Counted from the first letter of the stretch, positions 41,866-52,933 are shown. The stretch is 64,000 nucleotides of DNA from an uncultured Prevotella sp. (GCA_905233245.1 CAJODK010000002.1:50-64049); one strand, 5' to 3'. Numbers and translations: made by a program. Notes: generated by a model from the letters alone, not told the origin.

Positions 41866-43832
41866 TAAAAATCACTTTCCCAGATGGTTCAGTTCGCGAA
41901 TATGAAAGCGGTATAACTGGCCTACAGATAGCAGAGAGCATCTCTCCTGCATTAGCACGTAGTGTAGTAGCGTGTGGTGTCAATGGTGAGACTACCGAAC
42001 TCAATCGTCCTATCACTACCGATGCCACTATTGCGCTCTATCGTTTTGAGGATGAAGAAGGCAAGCATGCCTTCTGGCACACCTCTGCCCACCTTCTCGC
42101 AGAAGCTCTGCAGGAACTATATCCTGGCATACAGTTTGGATTCGGTCCCGCTACGGAGAATGGTTTCTTCTATGACGTTCAGTTGCCTGATGGCGAGATG
42201 ATCAAAGAGGGTGACTTCAAGAAGATAGAAGACAAGATGCTCGAACTGGCTCGCAAGGATGAGGCTGTTGTTCGCAAGGAAGTTGCTAAGGCCGATGCCA
42301 TAGCACAGTTCTCTGCACAGGGTCAGGAGTATAAGGTAGAACATATCGACCAAGACCTTGAAGATGGTACAATCACAACCTATACACAGGGTGCATTCAC
42401 TGACCTATGTCGCGGTCCGCACATTGTTTCCACTGGTATCATCAAAGCCATCAAACTTACCAGCATAGCAGGTGCTTTCTGGCGTGGCGATGCTTCCAAG
42501 GCACAGCTACAGCGTCTCTATGGCATCACCTTCCCTAAGAAGAAGATGCTTGACGAATACCTCGTAATGCTCGAAGAGGCCAAGAAGCGTGACCACCGCA
42601 AGATTGGCAAGGAGATGGAACTCTTTATGTTCTCTGAACGTGTAGGTAAAGGATTGCCAATATGGTTGCCAAAGGGCACTGACCTGCGTCTGCGCTTGCA
42701 GGAGATGCTTCGCACCATACAGAAGCGTTTCGGCTATCAGGAGGTTATCACTCCACATATCGGTTCTAAGAACCTCTATGTCACCTCTGGTCACTGGGCT
42801 CACTACGGCAAGGACTCCTTCCAGCCTATCCACACCCCTGAGGAGGATGAGGAATATATGCTCAAACCTATGAACTGTCCTCATCACTGCGAGATATTCG
42901 CCTCTAAGCCACGCTCTTATCGCGAACTCCCATTCCGCTGTGCAGAGTTTGGTACTGTATATCGCTACGAGCAGTCTGGCGAGCTTCACGGACTTACACG
43001 CGTGCGCTCTTTCACTCAGGACGATGCTCACATCTTCTGCCGTCAGGATCAGGTGAAGAGCGAGTTCCTTCGCGTGCTCGACATAATACAGGCTGTATTC
43101 TCCATCTTCGGTTTCAAGGATGAGCAGGTAGAGTTCCAGATTTCTCTGCGCGATCCTAATGACAAGGAGAAGTATATCGGTACTGATGAACAATGGGAAT
43201 CCGCAGAACAGGCTATTATCGATGCTTGCGCAGAACGCGGTCTTAATGCTCGCACCGAGACTGGCGAAGCTGCTTTCTACGGTCCTAAACTTGACTGCAT
43301 GGTGAAAGATGCTATCGGTCGTCGTTGGCAGTTGGGTACTATTCAGGTTGATTATCAGCTTCCAAACCGTTTCGAACTAGAATACACCGCAGAAGACAAT
43401 ACCAAGCAGCGTCCTGTAATGATACACCGTGCTCCATTCGGTTCTATGGAGCGCTTTACTGCCGTACTCATTGAGCACACCGCAGGTCACTTCCCACTAT
43501 GGCTCACCCCAGAGCAGGTGGCTATCCTGCCTATCTCCGAGAAGTACAATGATTACGCTGAGCAGGTACAGGAGTACCTCGCTACTGTTGGCGTACGCGC
43601 TGTGGTGGACAATCGTAATGAAAAGATAGGCCGTAAGGTGCGTGATAATGAAATCAAGCGCATCCCTTACATGATAATTGTAGGAGAGAAGGAAGCAGCC
43701 GAAGGTACTGTCGCTATGCGTCAGCAGGGCGGTGGCGAACAAGCTGTTATGTCCATGCAGGAGTTTGGCCAGCGCATCAACAGCGAGGTTGCTGAACAGC
43801 TTCAGGCTATGAACATCCGTCCGAAAGACTAA
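41862..43832 (+). CDS. thrS: Threonine--tRNA ligase (ATG at 41862)
   Basis: TGS domain [42 protein letters not shown]. Confidence 0.97.
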   Translation: MIKITFPDGSVREYESGITGLQIAESISPALARSVVACGVNGETTELNRPITTDATIALYRFEDEEGKHAFWHTSAHLLAEALQELYPGIQFGFGPATENGFFYDVQLPDGEMIKEGDFKKIEDKMLELARKDEAVVRKEVAKADAIAQFSAQGQEYKVEHIDQDLEDGTITTYTQGAFTDLCRGPHIVSTGIIKAIKLTSIAGAFWRGDASKAQLQRLYGITFPKKKMLDEYLVMLEEAKKRDHRKIGKEMELFMFSERVGKGLPIWLPKGTDLRLRLQEMLRTIQKRFGYQEVITPHIGSKNLYVTSGHWAHYGKDSFQPIHTPEEDEEYMLKPMNCPHHCEIFASKPRSYRELPFRCAEFGTVYRYEQSGELHGLTRVRSFTQDDAHIFCRQDQVKSEFLRVLDIIQAVFSIFGFKDEQVEFQISLRDPNDKEKYIGTDEQWESAEQAIIDACAERGLNARTETGEAAFYGPKLDCMVKDAIGRRWQLGTIQVDYQLPNRFELEYTAEDNTKQRPVMIHRAPFGSMERFTAVLIEHTAGHFPLWLTPEQVAILPISEKYNDYAEQVQEYLATVGVRAVVDNRNEKIGRKVRDNEIKRIPYMIIVGEKEAAEGTVAMRQQGGGEQAVMSMQEFGQRINSEVAEQLQAMNIRPKD

Positions 43833-43868
43833 GCACCCGCATGTGGAAGCTAAGCACCCATAAAAAGT

Positions 43869-45725
43869 TTAAATTCGTGTGATGGTATGAACGCCCTTAA
43901 CGCCTTTCAGTTTCTTTATGAGGGAGTTAAGTCTTGTGGTATCGCTGGCAGTAATGGTGAGAACCCCACGGAAGAGGCCATCATCAGAATCGATATTGAT
44001 AGAGCGAAGGAGGATATTTTCTTCCTTCGCTATTATTGATGTCATATTGTTAACGATGGCAATATCATCCCTACCTGTCACTCTGATGGAGATATCATAC
44101 TGTCCTGTACCCTTACCACTCCACTGAGCCTTCACTATACGATAACCGAAACGTCTGCGCAATTCTGCAGCATTAGGACAATCCATACGATGTATCTTAA
44201 TACCACCACTAACAGTGACAAATCCAAAGACATCGTCGCCATAAATAGGCCGACAACATTTCGCCAATGAGAAGTCTATACCCTTCACATTACGGTCGAT
44301 GATGAGTACGTCCTCACCATCATATCTCCTCACGCCAGGAGTTTTTTCGTGAAGTACAAACTCTGACGCAGACACATGCTCCTTATGTTCTTCCTCTACC
44401 CTCTCCTCCTTCTTCTCTATCCTCTCATCTTCCTCTTCCCTTCTAAGTTCCGAGAGAGCCTTCCTAATCTTAGACCTGGCATGTGGTGATGTAGCGATGT
44501 TGAGCCATTCGCGCTTGGGGGTCTGCTGATTGCTTGTCATTATCTCCACCGTATCACCAGAGCGCAGGCGACGGCGGATGGGCACTGCCTTACCATTGAT
44601 TTTTGCTCCTATGCAGGTGTTTCCTATGCGTGAATGAATATTGTATGCAAAGTCAAGGACAGTAGCGCCAGCTGCAAACTTCTTGATATCGCCCTTAGGG
44701 GTGAATACGAAGACCTCATCATCGTAAAGGTCACGACGAAACTGATCCATCGCCTGCATATCGTCACCAGCTTCGAGAGCCGAACGTATGGCAGCAAGCC
44801 ACTGGTCAATTCCTCCACCCGACTGTTTGACGCCCTTGTAGCGCCAGTGCGCAGCGAGACCATGTTCTGCGATGTCGTCCATTCGCTCTGTACGTATTTG
44901 CACCTCTACCCATCGCTGTTCTGGCCCCAACACAGTGGTATGGAGAGATTCATAGCCATTGCTCTTAGGCACACTGAGCCAGTCGCGCAGTCGTTTGGGA
45001 TTAGGCTGATACATGGAAGTGACGAGGGCGTAGGTTTGCCAACATGCTACCTTCTCATTCTCCTCCTTTGCATCGAGGATTATTCTAATGGCAAAGAGGT
45101 CATATATGCCCTCAAACGGACATCTCTGTTTCTTCATCTTCTGCCAGATGGAATATATGGATTTTGTGCGTCCCTTGATATGGAAATGCAGTCCTGCCGC
45201 TTCGAGGCGCTCGCTGACAGGAGTGATAAAGTCTTGTATGTATTTTTCACGAGCCTCCTTCGTCTCGGAGAGCTTGCCTTTAATATGGTTGTAAGCCTCA
45301 GGTTCGAGATATTTGAGCGACAGATCCTCCAGTTCGCTCTTTAGTTTATAGAGTCCTAGTTTATGTGCGAGCGGTGCGTAGAGATAACTCGCTTCTTCGC
45401 TCACTCTGCGTTGCGTTTCTTGGTTGCTGACTTTCCCCAGATGTCTCATCTGATATACACGATCTGCTATCATGATGAGTATGACGCGCATATCCTCTGC
45501 AAAGGACAGCAGGAGATTGCGAAAGTTTTCAGACTCTATAGCAGGTGATTTCTTATACAGTTCCTGTACCTTATTGAGTCCTCTCAGTATCTTGGTGACA
45601 CTCTCACCATAGCTACCATCATCCTCCTTGCCGTCACTGTATAGTTTGGCAGCCGTGACGGCATCCTGCCCCAATCCTATCTCATCGGAGCATATTCGAG
45701 CTATTTCTTCCGTACGAAGGCTCAC
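43869..45725 (-). CDS. relA: RelA/SpoT-family (p)ppGpp synthetase with degenerate hydrolase domain
   Basis: YAPLAHKLG, GRTKSIYSI, PKSNGYESLHT, EVQIRT, TGS FTPKG, AKCC, ACT domain; no HD motif. Confidence 0.9.
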   Translation of the reverse strand: MSLRTEEIARICSDEIGLGQDAVTAAKLYSDGKEDDGSYGESVTKILRGLNKVQELYKKSPAIESENFRNLLLSFAEDMRVILIMIADRVYQMRHLGKVSNQETQRRVSEEASYLYAPLAHKLGLYKLKSELEDLSLKYLEPEAYNHIKGKLSETKEAREKYIQDFITPVSERLEAAGLHFHIKGRTKSIYSIWQKMKKQRCPFEGIYDLFAIRIILDAKEENEKVACWQTYALVTSMYQPNPKRLRDWLSVPKSNGYESLHTTVLGPEQRWVEVQIRTERMDDIAEHGLAAHWRYKGVKQSGGGIDQWLAAIRSALEAGDDMQAMDQFRRDLYDDEVFVFTPKGDIKKFAAGATVLDFAYNIHSRIGNTCIGAKINGKAVPIRRRLRSGDTVEIMTSNQQTPKREWLNIATSPHARSKIRKALSELRREEEDERIEKKEERVEEEHKEHVSASEFVLHEKTPGVRRYDGEDVLIIDRNVKGIDFSLAKCCRPIYGDDVFGFVTVSGGIKIHRMDCPNAAELRRRFGYRIVKAQWSGKGTGQYDISIRVTGRDDIAIVNNMTSIIAKEENILLRSINIDSDDGLFRGVLTITASDTTRLNSLIKKLKGVKGVHTITRI

Positions 45726-46102
45726 TTTGCTTCTTCCATATCACCCTCAATATAGAGTCTTACCATCTCTGGCGTACCGTTAGTGCGCACGGTGATGGTC
45801 TTTTTGAAGTGTCCAGGGAATTTTCCCTTGCCGTTATAAGTCACATTGATGGTGCCTGTTTCGCCTGGTTTGATTGGCGATTTTGTATATTTTGGCACTG
45901 TGCATCCGCATGATGCTACAGCAGAGTTAATGACAAGAGGCTGGTCACCCGTATTAGTAAAGGTGAATACACATTTCTGTATAGGTTGACTCTCAGAGAA
46001 TGTGCCATAGTTGTGCACATTCTTGTCAAATTCTATTTTTGCCTGCGAAAACAATGGTAACACCAACGTTAACGTTAACATTATTGAGAATAGTCTTTTC
46101 AT
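45722..46102 (-). CDS. DUF1573-domain secreted protein
   Basis: FTNTGDQPLVI, ASCGCT, PIKPGE; signal peptide. Confidence 0.88.
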   Translation of the reverse strand: MKRLFSIMLTLTLVLPLFSQAKIEFDKNVHNYGTFSESQPIQKCVFTFTNTGDQPLVINSAVASCGCTVPKYTKSPIKPGETGTINVTYNGKGKFPGHFKKTITVRTNGTPEMVRLYIEGDMEEAK

Positions 46103-46109
46103 ATCACAT

Positions 46110-46150
46110 TATACTCTATACTTTATACTTTATACTCTATACTCTATACT
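46110..46150 (-). repeat. (TATACTY)6 heptamer spanning the MBL stop codon and intergenic gap
   Basis: Read directly from the sequence. Confidence 0.9.
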
Positions 46151-46950
46151 AATTCAAACAATTGCGACGGTGATTTCCTCTTGAGGTCTTCTACCATGAA
46201 GTCCTTACCTGCTATGAGCCCGTAGGAACGCAGTATCTGCTCCACGGTCTTAAGTGCGAGTACGGGGTGATTATTCTCCTCACTGAGGTGACACAGCCAG
46301 ACATGCTTGAGTTCCTGTGTGGCGTAGTTGGCGATGGCCTCAGCACATTCCTGATTAGAGAGGTGTCCCGTAGGTCCGTCTATGCGTGTCTTAAGATGCT
46401 GTGGGTAGTTGCCTCCCCATAACATTTCCTTATCGTAGTTAGCCTCGAGCACCAGATAGTTGGCCTCGCCGATATACTTCTGCATCTCCTCAGTAACATG
46501 CCCTACGTCGGTCATCAGACAGAAGGTAATATCCTCTGTCTCAATGCGGTAGCCCACATTACCAGCACTATCATGCGGCACAGCGAATGGAGTGATATAG
46601 AAATCACCAAGTTTTACGCGTGCATCCTTTTCTACATACTTACACAGATTGCTGGGCACCTTCTTTGGTACGCAGTAATTACGTTCTATGCCACCATGCA
46701 CATCACGGGTGGCATAGACGGGTATATTATACTCGTTGCTAATCACTCCGACTGCCTTGATATGGTCGGCATGATCGTGAGTTATAAGTATGCGGTTTAC
46801 GTTACTGAGACTTAGTCCGTATTCGTGCAGATATTTCTTTATCGTACGTATCCCCACGCCTGCATCTATCAGCATTGCATCGCCGCTGGCAGTCTGTAGA
46901 AAATAGCAATTCCCGCTACTCCCACTGCCGATGGAGAGAAATTTCAACAT
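46144..46950 (-). CDS. MBL-fold metallo-hydrolase (YycJ/WalJ-like), ATG at 46950
   Basis: SGSSGN, THDHADH, PHD, EANYD, GHLSN, HLSEENN; -7 box at 46980-46973. Confidence 0.9.
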   Translation of the reverse strand: MLKFLSIGSGSSGNCYFLQTASGDAMLIDAGVGIRTIKKYLHEYGLSLSNVNRILITHDHADHIKAVGVISNEYNIPVYATRDVHGGIERNYCVPKKVPSNLCKYVEKDARVKLGDFYITPFAVPHDSAGNVGYRIETEDITFCLMTDVGHVTEEMQKYIGEANYLVLEANYDKEMLWGGNYPQHLKTRIDGPTGHLSNQECAEAIANYATQELKHVWLCHLSEENNHPVLALKTVEQILRSYGLIAGKDFMVEDLKRKSPSQLFELV

Positions 46951-47069
46951 TTTTAGGTTAATATTTTGAATACAAAGGTAGCAAAAAAAAATTGTATACT
47001 CTCTTTTTTTTACATTATTTAGTAGAAAACGACGAAAAATCAAAAATAATTCGTATCTTTGCAGAAGCG

Positions 47070-50000
47070 ATGAAGACACTGACAGTATATAAGGCGAGTG
47101 CGGGGAGTGGAAAGACTTTCACTCTTGCAGTAGAGTATATCCGTCTGCTGATAGAAAATCCGGAGTCTTTCCGTGGCATTCTGGCCGTAACCTTCACCAA
47201 CAAGGCTACAGAGGAGATGAAGATGCGTATTCTCTCGCAACTCTATGGCATCGCCAATAATTTCCCTTCTTCTCAAGTTTACGTCAAGGCTCTAAAGGAG
47301 AGGCTTGGCAGCAATTATACCGACAGGTTGATTGCTGAACGAGCGGGAAAGTCGCTTCACCTGCTACTACACAACTACCACTTTTTTCGCGTGCAAACCA
47401 TCGACACGTTCTTTCAGTCAGTGCTGAGGAATCTGGCTCGCGAACTGCAACTGAATGCTAATCTGCGCGTGGAACTCAATACCAAGCAGGTAGTGGAACA
47501 GGCTATAGACAATCTCATCGACTCCATCGCAGATGACGGTAAACTGCGCAACGTCGTAATGGGCTATATCCACGAGAGAATGGCAGGTGGCGAGTCATGG
47601 AACTTTATCCGAGGCATCAAGGACTTTGGTGGCAATATCTTCAAGGACTTCTACAAAGAGCACCGCAAGAGACTCAACGAGGTCGCACAAGACCCTAACT
47701 TCTTCAACAAGTACAAGTCCAAGATGAATGCCATTATGGAGAGTCTGGACACGAAATACCGCGAGATAGGTGAAGAGGCGATGCGCATAGTGGAGGAGCA
47801 CGAGCTATCGTTCACTGACTTCAGTTATGGGGCAACGGGTGCTTTGGGCTATTTCATCAAGATGGCCAATGGCAAATTCAGCGAGATAGACATGACGAAG
47901 GGGCGCATGAAGCAGGGTTTGGATGACCCCGAGACATGGGTAGCGAAGAAGACGGAAAATCGCGAGGATATCATCGCTTTCGTAATGAGTACCCTGCACC
48001 CACTGATGCGACGCACTGAGAGCCAACGAAAAATTGACGTGAGGCAGTATATGTCTGCCAAGCGTACAATGGAGCATATCAACAATGTGTGGTTATTGCG
48101 CTATGTGGAGTCCTTTGCAAAAGACCTCAACGATGCGGAACAGCGTTTCATGCTGAGCGACACCCCCACCCTGCTGAGCGAGATGGTCAAGGACGAGGAC
48201 TCGCCATTCATCTTTGAGAAGATAGGAGCACATCTGGAGCACATCATGATAGACGAATTTCAGGATACGAGTATAGTACAGTGGCGCAATTTCAAGAGCC
48301 TACTCCGTGAATGCATGGACAATGGCCATAGCAACCTACTCGTGGGCGATGTAAAACAAAGCATATATCGCTGGCGCTCAGGTGATTGGAGATTGCTAAA
48401 TGGCGATATCGAAAAGGATTTCCAAAATGGAGCAATTGACTACCGTCCCTTAAGCAAGAACTTCCGTTCTGAGCCTAATGTGATTCATTTCAACAACATT
48501 TTTCTGCGCGCTACTGCTGACATAGAGGTAGGAGCAATAGCCGAGGAGACACTACCACTGGCAGAGCAACTACGCAAGGCTTATAGCGATGTGGAGCAAA
48601 TGCTACCCTCTAACTCCCCCCTCCAGGGGGAGGATTCTGGCGGCTTCGTGCACATCGAACTGATTGGCAAGGAGACTGAGCGTTCTATGGAGGAACGCAC
48701 GCTCGACATCATAAACACACTAAAGAACTCCCCCTCGGGGGAGAATCAGGAGAGGCACATAGCCATCCTCGTGCGTGGCAACAAGGAAGCCATTGCGATG
48801 GCGACATTCCTCAAGAGCCAGGGCATCAACGTAGTATCAGCAGAGGCCTTCCGACTGGATGCTTCCAAGGCGGTGCGCAAGATTATCGAGGAGATGGAGA
48901 ATCGTCGCACCCAACTCACCTCTATGTCGCTGCACGACCTCGCAGAGGAGATAGTACGCGAGAATATGGAGGGCGAGGATAGTAAAGTCTGGAGAGAAGA
49001 GGGAGCCTACATCACCACCTTCTTTGACCGTCTGAGCGACTTCACACGCAATACATCCACTGTGCTTGAGGACTTTCTCAGAGCATGGGAGGACGACATA
49101 TGCAGCAAGACCATCGAGACGCCTGACACTGACGGTATACGCATCATGACAATACATAAGAGTAAGGGATTGGAATTCAAGCATGTCATACTGCCCTACT
49201 GCAACTGGCGCTTGGAACAGCGACAGGTGATATGGTGCGAACCCCAAGATGCGCCTTTCAACGAACTCCCCATCGTGCCTCTTAACTACTCTTCGGTGAA
49301 CGCCTTCCGTGACACCATCTACTACGACGATATACAAAAGGAACACGTGCAGAATATGGTTGACAACCTCAATCTGCTCTACGTTGCAATGACACGTGCT
49401 TGCCAATCGCTCTTCGTGATTGGGGAACGAGGAGAGAAGACCAACTCCCGACGCTCCTTCACCATCGAACAGGCCATACGCCAACTTCCGCCAGAGATAG
49501 AGGGTTTGCCAGTGCATATCAGCATCCCTGAGGATGAGACAGAGGATATCGAGGTGAACTATGGCAACCTTAACCCTAACAAACCCTCATCCCTCATCCC
49601 TCATCCCTCATCAATAAACCCCTTCTCTCCCACCATCACTCCACTCACTATCCCCGTTACTTCTTTGGAGAGTGAGGCGATATTTCGACAGAGTAATAAG
49701 AGTAGGGTATTTGCTGAGGACTGCATCAACGAGACCGACCGTCAGCGATACATCCGCATGGGTACGGTGATGCACCAGATATTCTCCGAGATACGCACCC
49801 TGGACGACGTGCAGTCAGTGCTTCAGAGGATGGAGTTTGATGGTACGCTGTACGATGAAGACGTCACTCGAGAGTCACTCATTGCAGAGTTAAAGGAAAG
49901 ATTCCAAAACCAGCAGATAAGAGACTGGTTTTCTGAACGTTGGACATTATACAATGAATGTGCAATCCTCACTATTGATGGTGAACAACGCCCTGACCGA

Positions 50001-50177
50001 GTGATGACGAATGGCACTGAAACCATCGTTATCGATTTCAAATTTGGCAAGCCATTGGCAGAGCACCGAGAACAAGTATCTCGCTACATGTGTTTGCTCA
50101 AAGATATGGGTATGCCAAACATAAAAGGCTATCTATGGTACGTAACGCTGAACAAGGTTGAAGAATTAAAAGATTGA
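47070..50177 (+). CDS. UvrD/AddA-like helicase-nuclease (ATG at 47070)
   Basis: ASAGSGKT, TFTNKA, DEFQD, GDVKQSIYRWR, TIHKSKGLEF, C-terminal RPDR..IDFK; -7 box at 47054-47061. Confidence 0.92.
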   Translation: MKTLTVYKASAGSGKTFTLAVEYIRLLIENPESFRGILAVTFTNKATEEMKMRILSQLYGIANNFPSSQVYVKALKERLGSNYTDRLIAERAGKSLHLLLHNYHFFRVQTIDTFFQSVLRNLARELQLNANLRVELNTKQVVEQAIDNLIDSIADDGKLRNVVMGYIHERMAGGESWNFIRGIKDFGGNIFKDFYKEHRKRLNEVAQDPNFFNKYKSKMNAIMESLDTKYREIGEEAMRIVEEHELSFTDFSYGATGALGYFIKMANGKFSEIDMTKGRMKQGLDDPETWVAKKTENREDIIAFVMSTLHPLMRRTESQRKIDVRQYMSAKRTMEHINNVWLLRYVESFAKDLNDAEQRFMLSDTPTLLSEMVKDEDSPFIFEKIGAHLEHIMIDEFQDTSIVQWRNFKSLLRECMDNGHSNLLVGDVKQSIYRWRSGDWRLLNGDIEKDFQNGAIDYRPLSKNFRSEPNVIHFNNIFLRATADIEVGAIAEETLPLAEQLRKAYSDVEQMLPSNSPLQGEDSGGFVHIELIGKETERSMEERTLDIINTLKNSPSGENQERHIAILVRGNKEAIAMATFLKSQGINVVSAEAFRLDASKAVRKIIEEMENRRTQLTSMSLHDLAEEIVRENMEGEDSKVWREEGAYITTFFDRLSDFTRNTSTVLEDFLRAWEDDICSKTIETPDTDGIRIMTIHKSKGLEFKHVILPYCNWRLEQRQVIWCEPQDAPFNELPIVPLNYSSVNAFRDTIYYDDIQKEHVQNMVDNLNLLYVAMTRACQSLFVIGERGEKTNSRRSFTIEQAIRQLPPEIEGLPVHISIPEDETEDIEVNYGNLNPNKPSSLIPHPSSINPFSPTITPLTIPVTSLESEAIFRQSNKSRVFAEDCINETDRQRYIRMGTVMHQIFSEIRTLDDVQSVLQRMEFDGTLYDEDVTRESLIAELKERFQNQQIRDWFSERWTLYNECAILTIDGEQRPDRVMTNGTETIVIDFKFGKPLAEHREQVSRYMCLLKDMGMPNIKGYLWYVTLNKVEELKD
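48603..48756. repeat. Two oppositely oriented C/G-rich palindromic elements (48603-48632 and 48728-48756), in-frame in the AddA-like gene
   Basis: CTCCCCC-CTCCA-GGGGGAG and CTCCCCC-TC-GGGGGAG. Confidence 0.85.
49566..49612 (+). repeat. Hexamer plus (CCCTCAT)4 tract, in-frame (NLNPNKPSSLIPHPSS)
   Basis: Read directly from the sequence. Confidence 0.9.
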
Positions 50178-52933
50178 TGAAGTTCCTAGAGGCCATTGCC
50201 AAAGACATATTGGAGAAGTACGGAACAGACCTTCACGAGGTGACGGTTGTGTTCCCCAACAAGCGTGCTGCACTGTTTCTCAATAAGGCGCTGACGGAAT
50301 TGTGCGACCACCCCATTTGGAGTCCGCGATACACCACCATCAGCGAACTCTTCCAGTCGTTGTCTGAACTCCGACTGGCTGACCGCATCAAACTCATCTG
50401 CGAACTCCACAAATCCTATTGCCATGTGACTGGCAAGGACGAGACATTGGAGCAGTTCTATGGCTGGGGCGAGGTGATGCTGAGCGATTTTGATGATATC
50501 GACAAGCATCTGGGCGATGCCAAGAAGATTTTCACCCTGCTCAGCGACATCCATGAACTAGATTCCATCGATTATCTCACGCCGGAGAAGGTAGAGATTC
50601 TGAAAGGATTCTTCCGCAATTTCTCTGCTGACCACTCTACGGTGCTCAAAGAGCGCTTCCTCGAACTTTGGAATCGTTTCTATGACATCTACGAGCACTA
50701 TCGCCAGTCTTTACTATCACAAGGCATAGCATACGAAGGTATGCTCTACCGAAAGACAATAGAAATCTCTAACCTCTCCGCTCCAGCTCTGCTGGCTTGC
50801 AAGGCAAGACCTCTCACCTCTCACCTCTTTATCGGCTTCAATCTCCTCACTCCCGTTGAGCAGTTGCTCATAACAAAATTGGGAGGCAAGATATACAACG
50901 ATGACGATACGTCATGCCCACCAGAGGAAGTGTCCATCATCTCCTCACCCACCGACGACCTGCAAGCCCGCTACGTCACCCAGTGGCTCACCCCTGAGCG
51001 CATCCAGGCTGGCAGACGAACTGCCATAGTACTCGCTGACGAGGGATTGCTGGAGACAGTGCTCCACTGCCTACCATCTGGCATCAGTCTCAATATCACT
51101 ACGGGTTATCCACTATCGCAGGCCTCCATCACTTCGCTGGTGAAGGTGGTGACTACCTTGTTGCAAAGGGGTAGTTACACACTCCACAACATCAACGCCG
51201 TGCTCCGTCACCCCCTGACTCGCTACCTCTCACTCGAGGTGACGACATTACACGACCGCCTCAACCGCGATATGATATACTACCTCACGCCAGAGGACGT
51301 GTCTGTGGACGATAATCTGCGCCAACTCTTTGCCCCACTCCAAGACAAAGAGAGTCCCCTCGAACTCACCAATCGTCTCATATGGCTCACACGCACCATC
51401 GCTAAAAGGGTTCAAGAAGTTCAAGGGGTTCAAGAGGAGTCTCAATTGGATAGTGAAGCCCTCTACCGTATGTTCACCATCCTCAATCGCATCAAGTCGC
51501 TGATAGAGGATGACGACATCAGTATAAGCGCTACGCTCTACGCCAAACTCCTCAATCAGGTAATACAAACGACCACGATACCTTTCCACGGTGAACCCAT
51601 TGAGGGCATACAGGTGATGGGTGTTTTGGAGACGCGCAATCTGGACTTCGACCACGTGCTATTGCTCTCATGCAACGAGGGCAACCTGCCTGCACGCATC
51701 AACGACACCTCTTTCCTGCCCCACTCCATTCGTCAGGGTTACGACCTCACCACCATCGAGAATAAGGTGAGCATCTACCATTACTACTTCGACCGCCTTC
51801 TACAGAGAACAAAGGACGTCACCATCCTCTACAACAACTCCACCAACGATGGCAAGACTGGTGAGATGTCCCGGTTCATGCTCCAACTCATAGCAGAGAG
51901 CCCTATACCTATCAAGCGCTACGCCCTGCAAGCTACAACGGGAACGCCAACGGAAACGGGAACTGAGTCTGTTGACAAAACTCCTGAGATGGTGCAGCAG
52001 ATGCTAGGTCGTGCATTCCTTTCGCCCTCGGCATTAGGGAAATACTTGAGATGTCAGATGGAGTTCTACTACCAATATATCGAGAATCTCGATGAGGATG
52101 AAGACAGTGACCAGGAAGAGATGGACAGCCGTGCCTTTGGCACCATCTTCCATCGTGCTGCCGAACTCCTCTATCAGGACTTTGTGGGCAAGGTAGTGCC
52201 TCGTGACTACATGGAACGTCTGCTTCGTGAGAAGGGACATATTTCCCTCCGACGCTTCACCGAACAAGCTTTTCGCGAGAAGCTCTTCAACCTTGAGGGA
52301 AACGCACGTAAAACTCCGAAACTCAACGGTTTACAGGTCATAAATTTTGAGATAGTGGTGCAATTTCTCATCAATCTCCTGCGCTACGACCTCTCCCTCA
52401 CCCGTCTGGAAATAGTGGCACTTGAGAAGACGGTCAAGGGAACAATTTCTGTTCCAATTTCAGTTCCCGTCAACGTTAATATCGGTGGCAACATCGACCG
52501 CCTCGATATCGTCACCGACACTGACGGAGTGCGCCGCATGCGAGTGATAGACTACAAGACAGGCCGTCTCACACGTCGCCTCAATCTCAATAACGTCGAT
52601 GAAATCTTCATGCCCTCGAAACTCGCCGCTCACGCCAATTACTTCCTCCAAGCCCTCCTCTACGCCAGCATCCTCAACGACCAAACGACCAAACAACCAG
52701 ACAACCAGATATCCACTGGCCTTCTCTACGTCCAGCACGCTCATCAGGAGGACTACGACCCGCTGCTATCCATTGATGGCCACCCCATAAAGGATGCTTC
52801 CATCTACATGGAACAGTTCCGTGAGGGACTCACACGTCTCATCTCAGAGATACTCGACACCAATGTGCCATTCCGTCGCACCGACAACGACACTTTCTGC
52901 ACCGACTGCCCATTCCATCACCTCTGCTATTAG
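50177..52933 (+). CDS. AddB-like PD-(D/E)XK nuclease-family protein
   Basis: VFPNKRA, PFHGEP..GIQVMGVLETR, SPSAL..C, GNIDRLD, IDYKTG, C-terminal CxxC Fe-S ligands. Confidence 0.9.
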   Translation: MKFLEAIAKDILEKYGTDLHEVTVVFPNKRAALFLNKALTELCDHPIWSPRYTTISELFQSLSELRLADRIKLICELHKSYCHVTGKDETLEQFYGWGEVMLSDFDDIDKHLGDAKKIFTLLSDIHELDSIDYLTPEKVEILKGFFRNFSADHSTVLKERFLELWNRFYDIYEHYRQSLLSQGIAYEGMLYRKTIEISNLSAPALLACKARPLTSHLFIGFNLLTPVEQLLITKLGGKIYNDDDTSCPPEEVSIISSPTDDLQARYVTQWLTPERIQAGRRTAIVLADEGLLETVLHCLPSGISLNITTGYPLSQASITSLVKVVTTLLQRGSYTLHNINAVLRHPLTRYLSLEVTTLHDRLNRDMIYYLTPEDVSVDDNLRQLFAPLQDKESPLELTNRLIWLTRTIAKRVQEVQGVQEESQLDSEALYRMFTILNRIKSLIEDDDISISATLYAKLLNQVIQTTTIPFHGEPIEGIQVMGVLETRNLDFDHVLLLSCNEGNLPARINDTSFLPHSIRQGYDLTTIENKVSIYHYYFDRLLQRTKDVTILYNNSTNDGKTGEMSRFMLQLIAESPIPIKRYALQATTGTPTETGTESVDKTPEMVQQMLGRAFLSPSALGKYLRCQMEFYYQYIENLDEDEDSDQEEMDSRAFGTIFHRAAELLYQDFVGKVVPRDYMERLLREKGHISLRRFTEQAFREKLFNLEGNARKTPKLNGLQVINFEIVVQFLINLLRYDLSLTRLEIVALEKTVKGTISVPISVPVNVNIGGNIDRLDIVTDTDGVRRMRVIDYKTGRLTRRLNLNNVDEIFMPSKLAAHANYFLQALLYASILNDQTTKQPDNQISTGLLYVQHAHQEDYDPLLSIDGHPIKDASIYMEQFREGLTRLISEILDTNVPFRRTDNDTFCTDCPFHHLCY
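50767..50827 (+). repeat. Twin-hairpin cassette, copy 2 (covariant), in-frame in the AddB-like gene
   Basis: TCTAACC TCTCCGCT CCAGC-TCT-GCTGG CTTGC-AAG-GCAAG ACC TCTCACC TCTCACC. Confidence 0.9.
52676..52707 (+). repeat. (AACGACCA)4 octamer, in-frame (NDQTTKQPDNQ)
   Basis: Read directly from the sequence. Confidence 0.85.

Noticed and set aside
46144-47079. Overlapping long N-terminal extensions of the MBL and AddA-like ORFs (also those of thrS and trpC)
   Set aside because: The extensions run through AT-rich promoter DNA or neighbouring genes. Starts at 46950, 47070, 41862 and 60524 fit motifs and promoters better.
47070-52933. Helicase plus nuclease pair as an anti-phage system
   Set aside because: Motifs, tandem arrangement and housekeeping context match the Bacteroidales AddAB-like repair pair.
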